A DNA stretch of 64,000 nt, from positions 2,880,001-2,944,000 of the forward strand of contig OZ241917.1 in assembly GCA_965203805.1 (NCBI GenBank), read 5' to 3'. The notes under the pieces were generated by a model, which searched no databases, was not told the DNA's origin, and saw only the letters and a program-made list of their open reading frames with translations. Origin of the DNA: Candidatus Latescibacterota bacterium (GTDB taxonomy: Bacteria > Latescibacterota > UBA2968 > GCA-2709665). Shown here in pieces: positions 1 to 17,742 of the stretch. The position numbers and the translations under genes are program-made. The number at the start of each line of letters is the position of its first letter. Position 1 is the first letter of the stretch.

Positions 1-151
1 CTTCTACAGAACACTTCCTACTTCCAAAAATACTGTTCCGGTCAATTTCATGAATAGGTCGGGTTAAATGATCCCTGCAAATCCAAAAGCGTATCAGCCC
101 GTAAAGAATCCTGATGCTTACGTGGACACCTGAAGACAAAAGGAGGAACGA

Positions 152-6819
<6,668 letters not shown>

Positions 6820-6856
6820 CATTCAGTCTTTACAAATGAAGCGAAGACATCTACAC

Positions 6857-6940
6857 TGATTCATCTGGCATTGGCGGCGGCCTCTACGCATTGTGGAGGT
6901 CAGAACACCCAAAGAGCTAATCCAATATGGCCACGAGTAA
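6857..6940 (+). pseudogene. Remnant of a PIN-domain toxin 3' end
   Basis: Fragments LIHLALAAA and, in another frame, VEVRTPKELIQYGHE*, resembling PIN C-termini that precede this antitoxin class. Confidence 0.4.
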
Positions 6941-7010
6941 CAAGCGGTTCGACGCCGTCCGGATGATGCGCTCAATCCGAGACGCGTTGAGCGAACAAAT
7001 CGAGACATGA
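6927..7010 (+). pseudogene. Frameshifted copy of the small antitoxin-like gene at 16385
   Basis: MATSNKRFDAVRMMRSIRDALSEQIET* aligns with MATSSKPFDAVRMMRSFRDKLSEQISG; continues out of frame as MNFEEE. Confidence 0.75.
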
Positions 7011-7318
7011 ATTTCGAGGAAGAGTGGGAGGCCCGGGAGCGCGAGAAGAGGCGCGCCTCGCTCAGCCCGATTGAGCGCGAGATTGAGGAGATTCTCGACG
7101 CCCGGCGGGACAAGAACATGCCGGAGATCACCGCGATCATGCAAGAGGTCAGCAGCGGCCGCTGGGCCGACGCGGCCAGGATCGCAGTCGCACGGTGGCT
7201 CGAGATCAGGATGAGACGTGAGCAACGGTGGAAGGAAAGGAGCGCCGCGAAGAATCCCGCTAAGGATCGCGACCATCAGCGTACCCTGCTCATCAAGCGC
7301 TGGCTGGACGGCGAGTAA
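7007..7318 (+). pseudogene. Chimeric ORF whose 3' part resembles the C-terminal extension of some type III-B Cmr6 proteins
   Basis: SLSPIERE..RRDKNMPE..WKERSAAKNPAKDRDHQRTLLIKRWL; similarity recalled, not searched. Confidence 0.35.
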
Positions 7319-7331
7319 GGATACGGTCGCA

Positions 7332-7388
7332 ATGCACGCAATCATCGAACAACACCGCGTCGGGATTCTCGCCCGCAACCGGGTGTAA
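7332..7388 (+). pseudogene. Possible 5' stub of a minimal nucleotidyltransferase (MNT) antitoxin
   Basis: MHAIIEQHRVGILARNRV* resembles MNT N-termini. Confidence 0.3.
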
Positions 7389-7407
7389 CTCTCACAGGAG
7401 CAATTGC

Positions 7408-7638
7408 GTGAATTCGGACCACGACACGGGACATCCGTCGGGAAGGGATGACCGGACCGCTGGACTTACGCCTTCGGTAGCCGAACTCAAGCGCCTAATC
7501 GGCCCCTCGCCCACGCCCCGTCATCTGACGCCGTACGAGATCGACCTGCTGCGGAAAAGCAAGCAGGAAGTCGATCAGGTATCGGGCGAAGTCTTTGCGG
7601 GGAAAACAGTGGCTGGAGACAAGGATGAAAACAGTTGA
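7408..7638 (+). CDS. Small hypothetical protein (LTPYEIDLLRKSK family)
   Basis: GTG start with AGGAG RBS; paralogous fragment at about 9205-9400. Confidence 0.6.
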   Translation: MNSDHDTGHPSGRDDRTAGLTPSVAELKRLIGPSPTPRHLTPYEIDLLRKSKQEVDQVSGEVFAGKTVAGDKDENS

Positions 7639-7671
7639 TAGGCTGTAAATGGATCCCGAAGCTGTTGAAGC

Positions 7672-7960
7672 ATGGCAATTGAAGTTAAGGGCGGAAAAAA
7701 CGTCGGTATTCGTGACATGCGGGCATTGCATGGTGTGATGGAAAACGACCTGGCAATGATTTATCCCGCAACCGCTCGGAGACCGCAAAGAACAGAATTT
7801 CCGGCGCGAAATGGCGCAAGCCGGAGACGTGCGGATCGGACAAGCGACGTATCCTGCGCTCCAGATGCTGACCGTGGCGGACATATTCGAGGGCAAACGA
7901 TTCGATACGCCGGGAGCGGTAGGGCGTGGACTCAATCAACCACAACTCAGGTTAGAGAAC
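7672..7960 (+). pseudogene. 3' fragment of an Mrr-like restriction endonuclease domain, copy 1
   Basis: MAIEVKGGKNVGIRDMRALHGV with an internal deletion/frameshift relative to copy 2. Confidence 0.6.
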
Positions 7961-7987
7961 CGGGCAGACTGAGCGAAAGGAAGACAT

Positions 7988-8266
7988 ATGCCACCGAATC
8001 GCGCGCAAGTTAAGCAGTTCATCGAATCCGAATTTCCCAAGTTGGAACTGAAACCACTTCCGAAGCAGCCAGGGTGGTCCGTCTGGCAGGGTTTCGTGCG
8101 TATTGTCCGGTTCCGACAGGTAAACCCAAACAGGAAAGTAGAGTTCAAGCCCGTTGTTTCTGCCAAAAAAGAGAAAAACAGAGGGCTGACGATTGAATTA
8201 ACATCTGACTGGAAGAACCAGATTCGCAAAGCAATTGAACGGGAGTTAAGCCTTTGCGGGGAATAG
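7988..8266 (+). CDS. Hypothetical basic protein, 92 aa
   Basis: AAGGAAG RBS, intact ORF, lower GC than flanks. Confidence 0.55.
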   Translation: MPPNRAQVKQFIESEFPKLELKPLPKQPGWSVWQGFVRIVRFRQVNPNRKVEFKPVVSAKKEKNRGLTIELTSDWKNQIRKAIERELSLCGE

Positions 8267-8279
8267 CATCCCGAAAGGC

Positions 8280-8302
8280 CAAGCCCATATCTTATAATCC
8301 CG
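8280..8302. mobile_element. IS1595-family-like terminal repeat, copy 1
   Basis: CAAGCCCATATCTTATAATCCCG, 22/23 identical to 9157-9179; reverse complement starts CGGGATTAT, like ISNha5/ISNwi1-group ends. Confidence 0.45.
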
Positions 8303-8676
8303 TTTCCAAAAATGGGCAGTCGAGGAAGTGGACGGCTTTGTCACGACGAAACGGACGGCGGACGCCAGATCTGCAAAGCATGGCAATCGAAGTCAAGGGC
8401 GGAAAGAACATCGGTATCCGCGACATGCGGGCGTTGCATGGCGTGGTCGAAAACGACGTGGCCATGATGGGCGGATTGATTGTCCTGGAGCCGCTCGGAG
8501 ACCGCAAAGAGCAAAATTTCCGGCGCGAAATGGCGCAGTCCGGAGACGTGCGGATCGGACAAGCGGCGTATCCGGTACTCCAGATGTTGACCGTGGCGGA
8601 CATATTCGACGGCAAGCGGTTCAATACGCCCGGAGCGGTCGGGCGCGGACTCAAGCAGCCGCAACTCAGATTGTAA
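8303..8676 (+). pseudogene. 3' fragment of an Mrr-like restriction endonuclease domain, copy 2
   Basis: FQKWAVEEVDGFVTTKRTAD, frameshift, then DLQSMAIEVKGG...LQMLTVADIFDGKRFNTP. Confidence 0.6.
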
Positions 8677-8721
8677 GGTCGAATCGGACTAAACCCGAGA
8701 CCACTATTGAGGGGAGAGCTT

Positions 8722-9000
8722 ATGGTGCCGAAGAGTTTGGAGAATTGTATTGCGGTCATAAAGACAATGCGCAAAACAAACATGAGTTACAAAGATGCGT
8801 GTGACGAAGTGTTGCGCGCGAAGAACGATGGGGTGGTTCTTGGAACCATTCGGGATTCTTGTACTCGATTTGGGAAGGGTGGGAAAAATCGGTTGAACGT
8901 TTCCGAAGTAGAGGATCAAGTCCAGACGGGCGAAATCGTCAACACTTTAAAGCGAGAATTTCCAAACCATACGGACTATATTGACTCCCATTTGGGATGA
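8722..9000 (+). CDS. Hypothetical protein, 92 aa
   Basis: GAGGGGAG RBS, intact AT-richer ORF. Confidence 0.55.
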   Translation: MVPKSLENCIAVIKTMRKTNMSYKDACDEVLRAKNDGVVLGTIRDSCTRFGKGGKNRLNVSEVEDQVQTGEIVNTLKREFPNHTDYIDSHLG

Positions 9001-9023
9001 ATCTCTATCGGAAAAGAGGCGAA

Positions 9024-9167
9024 ATGAAGGGATTTGATTGGTGGCACTACCCGCTTATCGCCGTCCCAGTAGCGATTGTTGTATTCATTTCTTGGCTGGC
9101 CTCCGCTGAACGCGCCGAACGCAAACGGGGGAAACGGTCCAAGAAAACCAACACCACAAGCCCATAA
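9024..9167 (+). CDS. 47-aa single-TM small protein with basic tail
   Basis: MKGFDWWHYPLIAVPVAIVVFISWLASAERAERKRGKRSKKTNTTSP; AAGAGG RBS; below the ORF-track cutoff. Confidence 0.5.
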   Translation: MKGFDWWHYPLIAVPVAIVVFISWLASAERAERKRGKRSKKTNTTSP

Positions 9168-9179
9168 CTTATAATCCCG
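9157..9179. mobile_element. IS1595-family-like terminal repeat, copy 2
   Basis: CAAGCCCATAACTTATAATCCCG, direct repeat of 8280-8302. Confidence 0.45.
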
Positions 9180-9204
9180 AAACCGACAACGCGAAGCAGC
9201 GTTC

Positions 9205-9400
9205 AGGGACTCGGGACAAGCACACTCGGATCAGTCCTTCGGCGGCCAAGCTCAAGCAGATATTGGGCGACTCGCCCGTCTGCCGGAACCTGACGCCGTA
9301 CGAGATCGAACTGCTTCGGAAAAGCAAGAAGGAGATGGCCCAGGTCTTGCGCGAAGTGCTTGTGGAGAAGAAGGACGCGTCGCAGAGAAAGCCCGATTGA
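9205..9400 (+). pseudogene. 5'-truncated paralog of 7408-7638
   Basis: RDKHTRISPSAAKLKQILGDSPVCRNLTPYEIELLRKSKKEMAQV..; no start codon seen after the IS-like end. Confidence 0.6.
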
Positions 9401-9431
9401 AAGCGATGATGAACGCATAAGAGTGATGATT

Positions 9432-12208
9432 ATGCACGACGAATTCCAAAGTAGATTTGGGAAATTGATGGGGTTTCCCCCGTTCGAATGGCAGGAAGGT
9501 CTTTACCGCGACTTTTTTGCCAAAGGGCAGATCCCTTCCGCGCTTGACATTCCTACCGGTCTTGGCAAGACCTCGGTGATGGCAATCTGGTATCTGGCGC
9601 TGAAAGCCGGAGCCGCATTGCCTCGGCGTTTGGTCTACGTGGTCGATCGTCGTGCGGTGGTCGATCAGGCGACGACAGAGGCAGAGAAGATCAGGGAAAA
9701 GTCAGATGACGCCGCATTGCGCGTGAGTACGCTGCGCGGCCAGCATATAGATAATCGGGAGTGGCTCGCCGATCCTGCTACGCCGGCCATCGTCGTCGGT
9801 ACTGTTGATATGATCGGCTCTCGGCTCCTGTTTTCGGGTTATGGCGTATCGCGCAAGATGCGGCCCTATCATGCGGGCATGCTCGGCGCGGACGCGCTCG
9901 TCGTGCTTGATGAAGCGCACCTGGTTCCGCCGTTTGAAAAGCTTCTCGAAGCGATTGCAAACGGAGCCGACACATTCGGTCCCCACAAGCCAACAAACCG
10001 GGAGATCGTACCGCCACTCAAGCTGCTTTCGCTGTCGGCCACGGGGCGCGAAGATGACTCAGGTGGAAAAGCGATCTTTCGGCTTTCGCCCGAATGTCGG
10101 AAGGACGCGGCTGTCAGAAAACGCCTTGAAGCACGTAAACGGCTTACTATTCAGGTGCTCGATGGTGCGCCGAAGTTGGTGCCACAGCTTGCCGAGCGGG
10201 CATGGAGTCTCGGCAAGGAGCCGGCCCGCGTACTTGTCTATTGCGACCGTCGAGAGGATGCTTTGAAGGTGAAGGATGAGATTGAAAAGAAGTTCAAGAA
10301 GGAGAAACGGGAGCCCGTTTACGAACTCCTGGTTGGCGGGCGACGGGTGTTTGAGCGGGATTCACTTTCTGACTGGTTGAAAGAGCATGGTTTCTTTGGC
10401 GATGCCGAGGGACCACCTGAGCAGCCGACTTTTCTAATTGCGACCTCAGCGGGTGAGGTGGGCGTTGATCTCGACGCGGATCACATGGTCTGCGACCTGG
10501 TAGCGTGGGAACGCATGGTGCAGCGACTTGGCCGCGTGAATCGGCGCGGCAAGGGAAACGCTTGTATTGCGATTATTGCCGCGCCCCACCCAAAGGAAAA
10601 GGACGAGGAATGGAAGGATCGCTTAGCCCGTCTCAGGAAACCGTTGGATAGACTACGCCCCGCCAGCGAAATGGAGATTGTTAAGCCGGGCGGCCAACGT
10701 CGCTTGTCTCTTGCGGAGTGCACTGCAAGTGCCGACGGAAATCGCAAAGAAAAGTCGATGCAGACCTCTGACTACGAGGGACCACGTGACGGAAGTCCAG
10801 GCGCGATTCTGGATCTCAAAGAACGTGCGGAGCAAGACCGGGATCTGCGAAAAGCGATTGAGGAGGCAATGACACCGGAGCCACTGCGCCCCGCATTGAC
10901 CCGCGCCCTCGTTGACGCATGGTCGCTGACCTCATTGGACGAACACACAGGAAGACCGGAAGATATCCAGCCGTGGTTGCGTGGATGGGAGGAAGACCAA
11001 CGGCCGCAAACTACGGTCGTCTGGCGCGAACATCTGCCGGTACGCAGAGGTGGGCCAGAGGTAACGAAAAAAGACATCGAAGCATTCTTTGAAGCAGCGC
11101 CCCCACATGCCAGTGAGAAACTTGAGACCGAGACCCACAGAGTGGTTGAATGGCTTATGGAGCATGCAAAAAACGCCATTAACAGCGAATCCCGGGATGG
11201 AGTTGGCAATCAGGATTTGGCGCTGAGGCGGAAGGACGTCATTGCTTACATCTTGTCTCCCTCAATGGATTTATGGGACACGCTATGCGGAGACAGTCTC
11301 ATGAGGGGAGACAAGAAAGAAGAGAAAAAAACTAAAGAGAATTTGAAGAAAAACCTGATGGGCGGCACATTGGTCATGGATAGGCGCTTCGGCGGTCTTT
11401 CCAAGGATGGTATGCTTAACGAGGAGCTTGGCGTCTCGCCGCGTGTGATCGACGGTGACAAGGAATGGTTGTCCCTGCAGTCCGATGATTCACCGGTCGT
11501 TCGATTTCGGGTGCGTTCCGTCACACCGGAAGAGAGTGCCGAGCCCGATGGAAACTGGCGGGAACGTCATCGGTTCGAGATAGAGAAAACGGACGAAGGT
11601 GACGTCATACGCTGGCTTTTTGTCGAAAAGTGGCGCAGTGATTCTGAGACCGATGATGACCGTTCCGCCGGGCCTCCGCAGGAACTGGCGGAGCATCAAG
11701 CTTGGGCCGAATGCAAGGTGCGAACTCTGGCGAGTACCTTGCGGCTACCGAACCCCTGTGTCGATATGCTCGCTGTCGCGGCAGGACTCCACGACGAAGG
11801 CAAGCGCCACGAGCGCTGGCAGCGCGCCTTCAATGCACCACGCGACGGAAAGGTCTATGCCAAGACCAAAGGGCCGATCAGTGTGAAGCGACTGGAACAC
11901 TATCGCCATGAGTTCGGTTCGCTGCCTTGCATTGAAAGCGATGAAAAATTCAAAGCCTTGCCGTGCGATCTTCAAGAACTTGCTCTGCATCTGGTCGGAG
12001 CGCACCACGGCTGGGCCCGGCCTGTAATCCCCACAGGTGGCAGCGACGGTCCGCTCTCCGTACTTGAAAAGCGTGCCCGCGATGTCGCACTACGCTTTGC
12101 GCGACTCCAGAAGCGATGGGGACCGTGGGGATTAGCTTGGCTGGAAGCACTCTTGCGCGCCGCAGATCAGCAAGCGTCAGGTGACAATGACGCCGGGGAG
12201 GGTGCCTG

Positions 12209-12209
<1 letters not shown>
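9432..12209 (+). CDS. cas3: Type I-G Cas3 (helicase plus C-terminal HD), operon B
   Basis: PFEWQ, IPTGLGKT, DRRAVVDQ, DEAH, QRLGRVNR, AEH..LHDEGK..RHE..HHG..AD; start could be 9426. Confidence 0.93.
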
Positions 12210-14168
<1,959 letters not shown>

Positions 14169-14176
14169 GTTGAACT

Positions 14177-16378
14177 ATGGGCCGCGCACTTCTTCTCTCA
14201 ATCCGTTTCCACGACGGGCGGTATCACGGGACTGGCGAGTGGCCACCTGCACCTGCGCGGATATTTCAGGCGCTGGTCGCAGCAGCCGCCAGAGGTGCCA
14301 AACTGGTGGACGAGGACAGGAAAGCGCTCAATTGGCTGGAGACACTCGAACCGCCGTGGATTGCCGCACCAACTGCTCGCACGGGCCAACCCTGCAAGAC
14401 CTTTGTGCCGAATAACGATCTCGACAAGATCGGCGGTGACCTGAGACGAATCGGCGAGATTCGGACCGCTAAGAACACACGCCCGTATATTTTCGACTCA
14501 GGTGTCCCGCTACTCTTTGCCTGGACATACAATGGTGGCGGGAGTGCTGAAGACATCGCTCGAACCATCTGCCAGATCGCGGAGCGGCTCTATCAGTTGG
14601 GGAGGGGCGTCGACATGGCCTGGGCTTCGGCAGAGGTGCTATATGCGAGCGAGATTGAGACACGGCTCGCCCGTCATGGCGGCGTTGTGCATCGCCCGAG
14701 CGAGGGCGGGGCAGGCAAGGCGCTGCTTTGTCCAACAAAAGGATCGCTTGCAAGCCTCAAAGAGCGATACGATGCAAACAGGTCGCGCTTCACCTATGTA
14801 AGGGAAGGCAGGAAGGTCCAGCCGCTTTTTTCTCAATCGCCGAAGCCCCGCTTCGCCAAGGTCGCGTATGACGCTCCGCCTCGGCGCTTTCTGTTCGAGA
14901 TGCGGGCAGCTACGTACGACGAATCCTTCGTGCCATGGCCACCCACTAAAGCGGCGGAACTCGTCGTGGCTTTGCGGGACAAGGCGGCCGGGCGGCTGAA
15001 AGCGACACTACCCGGAGAGGGTGGGAAGATCGACCGCGTGCTCATCGGTCGTGAGGCCACGGAGGCAGACAAAGCCGCCCGGGTGCGGATTGTGCCGCTT
15101 CCGTCCATTGGCCACAGTCAAGCCGATTGTGCAATTCGTCGCGTAATGGTCGAGGTTCCGCCGAATTGTCCGTTGCGGGCTGACGATGTGGCCTGGGCGT
15201 TTTCCGGCCTTGAAGAGATTGACCCCGAAACCGGGGAAATTCTGTGGAATCTCGTTCGAGCCGAAGAGCGGCGAATGTTGGATCACTATGGCATCGGAGA
15301 CAGCGAACGGCACGACTACCGCGTCTGGCGCACGATTACTCCGGCTGCCCTACCGATTATGCCTGTTTCGGCGTCAGAAAGGGTGATGGGACGTCGAGCC
15401 TCTGGAGCCAAGCGCGCGGCAAGCGAGGCGAATGCAGCCTTCGCTGTCAAGCAGGCGTTGCGTCATGCCGGAGTGGTGGTACCGGTAGAGTCTATTCGCG
15501 TACAACGCGAGCCGCTCGACCGCTACGGCACTCGTGCAAAAGAGTTTGCCACCGAGCGATTTGCGGCGCGTGGCCTGCATCACGTGGAGATTGCTTTCGC
15601 GCAAGCTGTGCGCGGTCCTCTCGTCATTGGGAACGGGCGCTATCTCGGTCTGGGCTTGATGGCGCCGAAAAAGGATGGCTCGCACGACGCGCTGGTCTTC
15701 TCGATAACGCCAAGTATCTCAACTACCGACGCTACGTCGCTGCTTCACGGGGTTAGACGCGCCCTAATGGCGCTCTCTCGGGACGATAACGGACATGTGC
15801 CTCGGCTTTTCTCTGGACACGAACGCGCGGGAGCACCGGCAAGGTCGGGTAGACACGAGCATGTTTTTCTCGCTGCGGATGACGCCGATGGGGATGGGCG
15901 TATCGACCGTGTGATCGTGGCCGCGCCGTGGGCCTGTGACCGCACCGCAAAAGGAAGTCGCGAGGACCGTGCTTGCTTCGAAAGGATGGTGACGACCCTG
16001 ACCCATGTACGGGCCGGCAGATTCGGCGTCCTTACGCTTGGCCCCGCATTCGCCCTGGCGGATGGCGATCCGCTTGTTGGCCCTGCTCGTGTATGGGAAA
16101 GCCGCACGTCTTATCGCCCGGCGCGCCACGCGGGACGAGGCAAAGCTCTGGACGCCTCCGTCGTGCGTGATGTAATCACCGAATGCGAGCGGCGCGGCCT
16201 GCCCAGACCCGAAGTCGAGTTATTGGTACTCAACACCGGTCCAAACGGCGGCAACCTGGCTGCCCGCGTCCGTCTTCGCTTTGCCGTGGCGGTAGAAGGA
16301 CCGATTATGCTCGGCCGGGACAGCCACAGGGGAGGTGGACTCTTTGCATCCAGGAAAACAGAACACCCAAAGAGCTAA
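14177..16378 (+). CDS. csb2: Type I-G Csb2, long form with two Cas6-like modules, operon B
   Basis: EWPPAPARIFQALVA, FVPNND, internal GPLVIGNGRYLGLGLMAP and terminal GPIMLGRDSHRGGGLF. Confidence 0.9.
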   Translation: MGRALLLSIRFHDGRYHGTGEWPPAPARIFQALVAAAARGAKLVDEDRKALNWLETLEPPWIAAPTARTGQPCKTFVPNNDLDKIGGDLRRIGEIRTAKNTRPYIFDSGVPLLFAWTYNGGGSAEDIARTICQIAERLYQLGRGVDMAWASAEVLYASEIETRLARHGGVVHRPSEGGAGKALLCPTKGSLASLKERYDANRSRFTYVREGRKVQPLFSQSPKPRFAKVAYDAPPRRFLFEMRAATYDESFVPWPPTKAAELVVALRDKAAGRLKATLPGEGGKIDRVLIGREATEADKAARVRIVPLPSIGHSQADCAIRRVMVEVPPNCPLRADDVAWAFSGLEEIDPETGEILWNLVRAEERRMLDHYGIGDSERHDYRVWRTITPAALPIMPVSASERVMGRRASGAKRAASEANAAFAVKQALRHAGVVVPVESIRVQREPLDRYGTRAKEFATERFAARGLHHVEIAFAQAVRGPLVIGNGRYLGLGLMAPKKDGSHDALVFSITPSISTTDATSLLHGVRRALMALSRDDNGHVPRLFSGHERAGAPARSGRHEHVFLAADDADGDGRIDRVIVAAPWACDRTAKGSREDRACFERMVTTLTHVRAGRFGVLTLGPAFALADGDPLVGPARVWESRTSYRPARHAGRGKALDASVVRDVITECERRGLPRPEVELLVLNTGPNGGNLAARVRLRFAVAVEGPIMLGRDSHRGGGLFASRKTEHPKS

Positions 16379-16384
16379 TCCGAT

Positions 16385-16597
16385 ATGGCCACGAGTAGCA
16401 AGCCGTTCGATGCCGTCCGGATGATGCGCTCGTTCCGGGACAAACTTAGCGAGCAGATCAGCGGCATGACGTTTGAGGAAGAGCAAGCCTACATTCGAAG
16501 GCGCCTTCGCGACGAGCCTGTGGACGGTAACTCCGCCGCTGAACTTGAGGACGCCGTTCAGAATCGTAGCGTCGTGGAGAGCGGTGGAAAGCCGTAA
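16385..16597 (+). CDS. Small putative antitoxin (FDAVRMMR family), orphan
   Basis: Intact 70-aa ORF overlapped by a PIN-like tail RTPKELIRYGHE*. Confidence 0.55.
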   Translation: MATSSKPFDAVRMMRSFRDKLSEQISGMTFEEEQAYIRRRLRDEPVDGNSAAELEDAVQNRSVVESGGKP

Positions 16598-17043
16598 TGC
16601 TTGTTGCTGAAGTTTAGCGCCTGTCGGGGATGCGCTATGGTTAACTTATTTCCAAGAGCAGCAAATAGTGGGCAGTGGCCAGTGGTCAGGAAGAGCAGTC
16701 GCCCGCTTCCATTTATTCTCAGGATCGGCAGTTAGTCGACACCCAGACCCCACGAAGGAAGAGTGGGAGGATGTAAACTATAGGGTGCTCCCCGTAATAA
16801 GTTAAACTTGAACGAAGCACGACGGTGCCGGAGGGGATCGGCGCCGAACGGCCCCCAATTCGTCTTCAGGATGTCCTTGATTCAGTGTGTCTTGGGGTGC
16901 AATTTATCTGCATGCAAGGCGCTGTTCTTCTGTAGGTTTGATCTCCCGTGCAACGCTGATTTTCGGCCGGATGTTGGACCCAGTAGACACGAGAAGATTT
17001 CTGTTCGTAGCTGCCCGTTTTGGATAAACGAAAGGGGGCGACG

Positions 17044-17388
17044 ATGACGGTACAAAACCTGTCAAGAGTTAAGGACGTTGTCGAAACGACTTTGAGAGAA
17101 CGATGCGGTAACGTATTCGAATTGATTGCGGTGAAGCCAGACTTCGATGAATACGGGGGCGAGATTCTTGTTATCAAGGCTGTCTTTAACATGGACCGAC
17201 TCGGAGCTCGGCGAACATCAGGCCTGATACGCCACCTGCGTCCAAAGCTGGCGGAGGTGGGCACGGAAGCGTTTCCAGTAATCTCGTTCATTGCCAAATC
17301 CGAACTGCGGGACCGGGACCTTGAAGCCCTCCGATCTAACCTCGATTCGTCAATATTCGGTGACGTTAAATCGAATATATGCAAGTGA
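17044..17388 (+). CDS. Small hypothetical protein, possibly antitoxin-like
   Basis: AAAGGGGG RBS; D.DEYGGEIL and AFPVISFIAKSE motifs. Confidence 0.5.
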   Translation: MTVQNLSRVKDVVETTLRERCGNVFELIAVKPDFDEYGGEILVIKAVFNMDRLGARRTSGLIRHLRPKLAEVGTEAFPVISFIAKSELRDRDLEALRSNLDSSIFGDVKSNICK

Positions 17389-17515
17389 ATAAAGGCGATA
17401 TGACATCGGATTTCCAGGATACTTCAGGTCACCGGACGTGAACGGAAAAAACATCCTCTTGGACGACCATTACGCTCCGTTTCGGGAGTTTTCTCCGCAG
17501 TGTCGGCTTGCTGGA

Positions 17516-17697
17516 TTTTTCGAATTAAGGCAAATTGCCACAAGAGGCACAAGAACAACCATCCTTTTACAGGGCGTATCACCGAAAGACAAGGTAATAT
17601 CTGCAGGGTCACGGCGTTACGACACACGCTGTTTGGTGCCGATACCTTTTGTGCTTTTTGTGGCCAATTTAACGGTTATCTTTTTTCGAATTGAGGC
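17516..17697. repeat. MITE/REP-like element: imperfect inverted repeats inside a 16-bp direct repeat
   Basis: TTTTTCGAATTAAGGC (17516-17531) and TTTTTCGAATTGAGGC (17682-17697) flank AAATTGCCACAAGAGGCACAAGAA ... TTTTGTGCTTTTTGTGGCCAATTT. Confidence 0.6.
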
Positions 17698-17742
17698 TTA
17701 TTGAAGCGGCGATGGACCTGACGCGCCACTAAGGTAATATCC
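17695..17742 (+). other. Degenerate CRISPR repeat 3' end plus spacer-like segment (candidate mini-CRISPR)
   Basis: GGCTTATTGAAGC vs repeat end GGCCTCATTGAAGC; next 15 nt match 19406-19420 at 14/15. Confidence 0.35.

Noticed and set aside
6858-6893. GATTCATCTG..GCGGCCTC..CATTG resembling a degenerate CRISPR repeat
   Set aside because: Needs several gaps, lacks the stem and the GAAGC end; better explained as PIN coding remnant (IHLALAAA)
6820-9400. Integron cassette array
   Set aside because: No integrase and no convincing attC (RYYYAAC..GTTRRRY) sites found
16756-16770. AGGAAGAGTGGGAGG shared with 7018-7032
   Set aside because: Low-complexity purine tract whose flanks diverge; it could mark a deletion junction but cannot be supported
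16808-17704. ORFs 16808-17047, 17438-17704 and neighbours
   Set aside because: No RBS or motifs; they overlap repeat or intergenic sequence
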